This document shows, piece by piece, positions 46,032 to 51,736 of a stretch of 51,736 nt of DNA (the stretch's first letter is position 1; every line of letters starts with the position of its first letter). Both the position numbers and the translations under genes were made by a program. Under the pieces are notes generated by a model. The model searched no databases and was not told where the DNA came from. It saw only the letters and a program-made list of their open reading frames with translations. Origin of the DNA: an uncultured Myxococcales bacterium (GTDB taxonomy: Bacteria > Myxococcota_A > UBA9042); the NCBI GenBank assembly GCA_903869075.1, contig CAIPXZ010000676.1:1-51736 (forward strand). Direction: 5' to 3'.

Positions 46032-49000
46032 TGCGCAAGAACTGCTTTCGCCTCATGGGCTTGGCTCTCGCTGGCTTGCTGGCGCTGCCGGCTTTGGCGC
46101 AGACACCCGGCAAGACGGCGACCAAGGACGAGGTCACGACCTTCAAGCGCGCGCCCGATCCGCAGGCGGAAGCCGCGAAGATCGAGGACAAGAAGAGCCC
46201 CGGACCCGGCGCGCCGGAACAGCGCCGCGCCAAGGAAAACAAGACGATCCAGGACATCGAGGACGAGCTGGCGATTCTCGGCGAGCTGCTGGACATCGAG
46301 CGCGGCTCGGACACCGAAGCCGATACGCTGCTGGAACTGAGCTACGTGCTGTGGGATCGCGCCGAGGCGTACGAAATCGACGCGCACGACGAGGAGATCG
46401 AGGTCGAGATCTCGCGCTGCGAGGCCAACGGCGACAAGCCGACCTGCCGCCGGCTGAAGGTGCAGCAGGACCAGCTGCTGGAGAAGTCGCGCGCCGCCAA
46501 GCTGGACGTGATCAACCACTTGAAGCGCATCGAGCGCACGTTCCCGCGCTACGCCAACCTCGATGAAGTGTTGTATTCGCTGGGCTTTCACCTGGCGGAG
46601 ATCGACCGCGCCGGCGAGTCCGTGGACGCGTACATGCGGCTTGTGCGCAAGACGCCAAAGTCGAAGTTCCTGCCGGACGCCTACCTCGGCATCGGCAACT
46701 ACTACTACGGCAAAAACCAGGGCGACGAAGCGCTGCGCTGGTACAACAAAGTCATCGAATTCCCGGACGCCAGCGTCTTCGGCTGGGGCCTCTACTACAT
46801 CGCCTGGGTGTACTACAACCAGCAAAAGTGGGAGACCGCGGTCAACAAGTTCCTGCGGGTATTGGACTATTCCAAGAAAGAGGCCAACGGCCGCGTGACC
46901 TTTACCGAGGACGCGACAAAGTACCTCGTCAAGTCCTGGGCGGAATATGGCAACCCCAAGAACGCCAACGCGTTTTTCCACAAGGTCGCCGAAGGCTCGG
47001 AAGTGCTGCTGATGGAAGCGCTGGCGCGGCACTACATCGACGTCTCGGAATTCACCAAGTCGAACATCGTCCTGGACGACCTGATCGACGTGGCAAAAGA
47101 CGACAAGCGCCTGATTACCTTCATGGTTCTGCGCCTGGACAACAGCTACAAGCTGCACGATCTGGACGCGACCGTGTTCTCGGCGACGCTGGTTGGCAAC
47201 ACCCTGCGGCAAGGCGCCGAGCCGCCGGCGCGGCTGGAGCTGCTGATGGCGGAGATCGCCTCGACGCTGCACTCCGAGTACGAAAACACCTTGAATATGC
47301 CGACGTTGGAATCAGCGGAGAAGATCTACCGCGTCTACAGCGAGCACTTCAGCGGCGGCGAGCACGGCTACGACATGCTGTACAACCACGCGTTGGCGCT
47401 GTTCCAGCTGGCGGACAAGGCTTCACGCGACACGGAGAAAGCGCGCAAGGGCAACCAGACCGCGCAGGCGGCGGCGCTGCAGGCGCGCGCCAACGAGTAC
47501 TGGGAGCTGTCGGCGGGCGCGTATGAGAAGGTCATCGACAAGGACGCCAACGGCAAGTACGCGGAAGCGGCGGCGCACCGCGCGTTTATCGCCTACTACA
47601 AGCTGGAGCGGCTGAATTCGGAAGTGGCGTCCAAGAGCCTGGACGACACCGATCTGCGGCCCGAGGCGCTGAACGCCAAGGAAGCGCGCGTGGCCAGCGC
47701 GTGTGAGCGCTACATCACGATCGCGCTGAAGCACAAATCCACCGAGGACGTGCCCGAGGCGCTGTTTGTCGCCGGTCGGCTGTGGTACCAGCATAATTTC
47801 TTCCAGAAATCCGGCGACTTGCTGGCGACGATGCTGGATCGCTACCCGGACCACGAGCTGGCGTGCGACGCGGCGCGGCTGGCGCTGTCGTCGTTCAACC
47901 TGAACCAGGACGGCAAAAAGCTGATCTTCTGGACCGACAAGCTGCTGACCGGCAAGTGCAACACCGGCAAGCTGGCGGTGACGCTGACCGAGATCAAGTC
48001 CAACGAAGAGTACAACAAGTGCATCGAGCTGAAGGACCAGCCGGTCCAGGCGGCGCAGTGCCTGGTGAAGTACCAGCAGACCTTCCCGGATGCCGTCTCG
48101 GCGCCGCGCGCGCTGATTGGCGCCGCCAAGTTCTACCGCCAAGCCAAGCGCGAGGACGACGAAATCGCCACGTACCAGAGCTTTGCCAAGGCGTATCCCA
48201 AGGACGAGCGCGCCGGCCAGTCGACGTTTGAAATCGGCGAAATCTATCGTGAATCCGCGGCGTTCGAAGACGCGGCGGCGGCGTACGAAGCGTTTGTCAA
48301 GGCGTACCCGGAGCACAAGGCTGTGGCCGAGGCATTGGACAAAGCGCAGGCGATCCACGAGAGCCTGGGCGCGTACGACAAGGTCGTCGAGAGCGGCGAG
48401 CTGTTCCTCGCCCGCTGCGCCAAGGATGCCAAGAACAAGGGCTGCGATGACGCCGCGCGCGCCGACGTGGCCTACAAGCTGACGGTGCAGTACCAGCAAA
48501 AGGGCGACTTCAAGGGCGTCATCCACGCGTCGGAGAAATTCCTGAAGCGCGGCCTGAACGTGCCGGATCACTTGGCTTTTGCGGCGATGGTCAACACCGG
48601 CGCGGCGCAGTACAAGCTGGGCCAAGGCGACCGCGGCAAGAAGCTGTTTGACGAAGTGCTGGCGCGCGCCAAGGCGCTGGCGGACGCCAACAAGATGGCG
48701 ACGCTGGACCCGATCGGCAAGGACGCTGTGGCGCAAGCGGTGTTCATGCTCGGCGAGCTGGAGTTCGACAAGGTCAAGGCGATCAAGACCAAGGCCAACA
48801 ACGTGCAGGCGGCGGCGACGCTGGTGGCGACCAAGGCCAAGGCGGCGACGGTGGCGGACGGCTTCTACATCCAGGTCGAGGATTCCAAGAATCCGCGCTG
48901 GGTGGCGGCGGCGGCGAGCCGGCGCGGTCGGATCCACCAGGACATCGCGACGTCGATCACCGAGCTGCCGGCGCCGCCGCAGTTCGCCAAGAGCGAAGAG

Positions 49001-49993
49001 CTGAAGTCCGAATGGGCGAGCCAGCTGGCGGAAAAAGCCGCGCCGCAGAAGGTGATTGCCACCGAGCGCTACCGCGAGGCCCTGAAGAAGGCCGCGGAAG
49101 TGTACGCGTTTGACAACTACTGGGCGGAAGCGCGTGACAACCTGAAGACGCTGGACACCAAGTTCGCGGAAATCTCCGACATCAAGGAGCTGACCGTCGA
49201 CTTGACGCCGTACAAGTGGAGCGACCCGCAGAAGCCGGCGGATGCGATCCTCGCGTCGCGCAGCAAGCTGTATGAGCTGGGCGCCGAAGCCGAGAACGCG
49301 AAGTCGGCGATCGCTGTGGAGCCCGCCGCGGGTGATGTGGTCGTGGCGGACGCGCCGGCGGGTCCCTCGCCGCTGGCCAAGGCCTATGAGCGGCTGGCGT
49401 TGGCGCACCACGCGCTGGGTCAGAACCGCAACGCGATCCTGGTTGGCGCCGTCGGTATGGCCAAAGTGCCGGAGCTGAAGAACTCGGCCGTGCTGCAAAA
49501 TGCCTTGGGTTTGGCGCACTTGCAGCTGGGTGAAACGCAAAAGGCGCTGGAGAAATTCCAGAAGGCCGCGGAAGTCGATCCGAAGGCGACCGAGCCGCTG
49601 CTGAATGCCGCGTCGGTGACCGTGAAGAACCTGGGCTTTGAGAAGACCGTGACGCTGCTGACCGAAGTGACAAGCCGCGATCCGTACAACTATTGGGCGC
49701 GCATCACGCTGCCGGTCGCGACGCGGCGTGTCACCGACGACATGAGCAAAATCAAGGACTCGCTGCAGACGGACTTTGACTCGATCGCCGGCGACCCGGC
49801 CAACGAGCCGCGGCCGGAGTGGCGCTACAACCGCTGCGTCATCGCCCAGGCGGTGCTGACGACGGGCAAGAAAGAGCTGCAGCACGCGCTGGATTATTGC
49901 AACGACGCGCTGAAGAATCCGCCCAAGGGTATGCAAAAAGAGCTGCAAAAGCGCGTGGATGGCTTGAAGGCCACCATCGAGTTCGCCCAGTAG
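46028..49993 (+). CDS. Large exported TPR protein, GltD/AgmU-like with GltE/AglT-like C-terminus
   Basis: 1321 aa with signal peptide ending PALA, many TPRs (DEVLYSLG, PKSKFLPDAYLGIGNYYY) and WVAAA motif. Overlaps the gltC-like stop. Confidence 0.7.
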   Translation: MMRKNCFRLMGLALAGLLALPALAQTPGKTATKDEVTTFKRAPDPQAEAAKIEDKKSPGPGAPEQRRAKENKTIQDIEDELAILGELLDIERGSDTEADTLLELSYVLWDRAEAYEIDAHDEEIEVEISRCEANGDKPTCRRLKVQQDQLLEKSRAAKLDVINHLKRIERTFPRYANLDEVLYSLGFHLAEIDRAGESVDAYMRLVRKTPKSKFLPDAYLGIGNYYYGKNQGDEALRWYNKVIEFPDASVFGWGLYYIAWVYYNQQKWETAVNKFLRVLDYSKKEANGRVTFTEDATKYLVKSWAEYGNPKNANAFFHKVAEGSEVLLMEALARHYIDVSEFTKSNIVLDDLIDVAKDDKRLITFMVLRLDNSYKLHDLDATVFSATLVGNTLRQGAEPPARLELLMAEIASTLHSEYENTLNMPTLESAEKIYRVYSEHFSGGEHGYDMLYNHALALFQLADKASRDTEKARKGNQTAQAAALQARANEYWELSAGAYEKVIDKDANGKYAEAAAHRAFIAYYKLERLNSEVASKSLDDTDLRPEALNAKEARVASACERYITIALKHKSTEDVPEALFVAGRLWYQHNFFQKSGDLLATMLDRYPDHELACDAARLALSSFNLNQDGKKLIFWTDKLLTGKCNTGKLAVTLTEIKSNEEYNKCIELKDQPVQAAQCLVKYQQTFPDAVSAPRALIGAAKFYRQAKREDDEIATYQSFAKAYPKDERAGQSTFEIGEIYRESAAFEDAAAAYEAFVKAYPEHKAVAEALDKAQAIHESLGAYDKVVESGELFLARCAKDAKNKGCDDAARADVAYKLTVQYQQKGDFKGVIHASEKFLKRGLNVPDHLAFAAMVNTGAAQYKLGQGDRGKKLFDEVLARAKALADANKMATLDPIGKDAVAQAVFMLGELEFDKVKAIKTKANNVQAAATLVATKAKAATVADGFYIQVEDSKNPRWVAAAASRRGRIHQDIATSITELPAPPQFAKSEELKSEWASQLAEKAAPQKVIATERYREALKKAAEVYAFDNYWAEARDNLKTLDTKFAEISDIKELTVDLTPYKWSDPQKPADAILASRSKLYELGAEAENAKSAIAVEPAAGDVVVADAPAGPSPLAKAYERLALAHHALGQNRNAILVGAVGMAKVPELKNSAVLQNALGLAHLQLGETQKALEKFQKAAEVDPKATEPLLNAASVTVKNLGFEKTVTLLTEVTSRDPYNYWARITLPVATRRVTDDMSKIKDSLQTDFDSIAGDPANEPRPEWRYNRCVIAQAVLTTGKKELQHALDYCNDALKNPPKGMQKELQKRVDGLKATIEFAQ

Positions 49994-50075
49994 CCACCCG
50001 CTGTCCCCAACAATTGCTGTTGAATTTCAAGATCTTGCGGCCTAGACACGAATGTGAAGAAGTTTGAAGCTCGCC

Positions 50076-50104
50076 TTGCGATCGCCGCGGGCGGTCGCTA
50101 GTTT
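50076..50104 (+). promoter_or_regulatory. Putative sigma70-type promoter
   Basis: TTGCGA-N17-TAGTTT about 80 bp upstream of ATG 50186. Confidence 0.45.
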
Positions 50105-50185
50105 GGTCAGGAGCGGGAGCCGCCGTGTGGCGGGCGGGGAAGTCAGTCGTCCATTTCGCGCCTTGGCGCCCAGTCGGAGTTTTTC

Positions 50186-50909
50186 ATGCAGATGCGCAGC
50201 CAGTTTCTCGTTCGTTCGCTTCTCGCCAGCGCCTGCGCGCTTGGTATCGCCGCGTGCGGCTCCAACACGGCACTGGGCGGCAGTGGCGGCCACGGGCGCC
50301 GATGCGCTGGACAATGACGGCGCGCTCAGCGGTTCCGACGCGACCGCGGGTGATGGCACGACCGCCGGGGACACCGCCGGGGCGGATGCTGCCGGCACCG
50401 ATGATGCGGCGGCCGATGTGGCGCCGGATGTGGCGACGGACACCGGACCGTCCATCGACAACCTGCCGTGCCCGTCGGGTCAGACCTACAAGGGCGGCTC
50501 CAGCAATGACATGGAGCCCGGCAACACCTGCATCCAGTGCCACTCGCAGGGCGAAGGCCCCACCTACACGCTCGCCGGCACCGTGTTTCGCAACCTGATC
50601 ACCAAGACCGGCTGCTACGCCAGCGGCACCGCCAGCAGCGTGGTACCGCCCGCCAGCTACACCGTGCAGATCACGGACGCCAACGGCAAAGTGTTCAAGG
50701 CGACGACGTCGACCCTGTCCGGCAACTTCCACTTCAGCGGCAAGTCCGTCTCTGGCTTTACGCCGCCGTACAGCGCCGAGGTGCAAGATAGCGCTGGCAA
50801 TGTCCGCAAGATGGCCACCAAGCAGACCAACGGCGACTGCAACAGCTGCCACACCGCGGTGGGCGCCAATGGCGCGCCGGGCCGCATCGTCGCGCCGTCG
50901 ACGCCCTGA
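50186..50909 (+). pseudogene. Diheme c-type cytochrome lipoprotein interrupted by a +1 frameshift near 50291 (true lesion or sequence error)
   Basis: ATG 50186 (GGAG SD) encodes MQMRSQFLVRSLLASACALGIAAC-GSN and stops at 50317. The next frame carries CIQCH and CNSCH. Removing one base in ggcggccacg joins them. Confidence 0.75.
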
Positions 50910-50981
50910 AGCGTCCGCCCGTGTCTTGCGTTGTGCGTGGAGGTCCGCTAAGCAGCCGCTCCCCGTCTGCGTGAGGTCGCC

Positions 50982-51736
50982 ATGGTCCGGTTCCCGTTTG
51001 CCCGCTTCGCCGTCGCGCTGCTCGGCTTGTCGCTGGTTTCCTGCGCCGAGCTGACGCAGCTTGAAAAAGAGCTCGGTCCGCTGGGCCAGGCGGCGCAGGG
51101 CGTCAAGCCGCTGTTGCCCAAGGTGACGTACCAGGACGCGACGCTTGTCCAGGCGCCGTCGCGGCAAATGCTGGCGGCGTATTTTTGCCCACAGGTTGTG
51201 CCGGATCCTTTTGGCGTGCCCGGCGTGGCGGCGCTGGCGTGCCGACAGGCGTTTGGCCCGCCGCCGAGCGCGCAGCAGATGACCGTCGCGTTCGATCTGC
51301 GCTTTGTCGTCGACAACCCGAACCACTTTCCGATTCCGGTCGCGGAGATGCTGACGGCGGCCACGGTTTTTCCCGCCAACACGAACACCGCGCTCGGCGC
51401 AGCGTGCGTCACCTTTTGCGGCGCCAACCAGCCCGGCTGCACCGGCCATCCGGGGCCAAATTCCTGCAAGGCCTCGAGCCACGACATCCGCTCGCTGCAG
51501 GACTTCCAGAACGCCGCGGTCAACTTCCTCGTCGCGGCGGGCATCCACGCGCTGGCGGGGCAAAAGCCGTCGTTCACGCTGCCGCAGGTGGTGTCCGACG
51601 GCCACATCCAGTTCACCGCGCGCTTTGCCTTTGGCCCGGACGCGCTGCTGGCGACGCTGCGGCAGGTGGCGAAGCAGGCGATCGGCGAGTTCAGCGCTGG
51701 CAAACAGGTGCAGTTCGAGATCCCGTACCGGCCGAT
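50982..51736 (+). CDS. Hypothetical lipoprotein, LEA_2/WHy-like (3' truncated; absent from the ORF track)
   Basis: ATG 50982 with GAGG SD; MVRFPFARFAVALLGLSLVSC lipobox; FDLRFVVDNPNHFPIPV motif; open to the window end. Confidence 0.7.
   Translation, partial: MVRFPFARFAVALLGLSLVSCAELTQLEKELGPLGQAAQGVKPLLPKVTYQDATLVQAPSRQMLAAYFCPQVVPDPFGVPGVAALACRQAFGPPPSAQQMTVAFDLRFVVDNPNHFPIPVAEMLTAATVFPANTNTALGAACVTFCGANQPGCTGHPGPNSCKASSHDIRSLQDFQNAAVNFLVAAGIHALAGQKPSFTLPQVVSDGHIQFTARFAFGPDALLATLRQVAKQAIGEFSAGKQVQFEIPYRP

Overview
High-GC (roughly 70% by eye) bacterial chromosomal window. Gene content points to Myxococcota/Deltaproteobacteria: Glt-like gliding TPR proteins, a Ser/Thr kinase-like protein, Cys-rich lipoproteins, a myxobacterial-type pilin and a DUF6178-like protein. 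It spans the divergent dnaA / rpmH-rnpA-yidD-yidC-jag locus, where gene orientation flips from mostly minus to mostly plus (probable oriC). It also carries trxB, murI, xerC, ccmF, ruvCAB, a DUF167 gene, a gltC-like gene with a gltD/E-like partner, and many lipoprotein genes. I saw no rRNA, tRNA, CRISPR array or transposase. The most notable signal is a non-coding, degenerate 22-bp tandem array (about 12773-12959) of palindromic units, consensus GACCTRTC-N5-GAYAS-N4, which starts exactly at the stop codon of a small uncharacterised helical protein gene (12960-13415). Other points: dnaA is not followed by dnaN and has no perfect DnaA boxes nearby; Jag has lost its KH and R3H signature residues; L34 has an odd N-terminus; there is a pseudokinase, a sigma54 promoter with enhancer-like repeats, an enlarged orphan CcmF, a degenerate cyclophilin, a possible GltD-GltE fusion, and a frameshifted diheme cytochrome c lipoprotein. 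All family calls come from motif recognition by eye; no searches were run.
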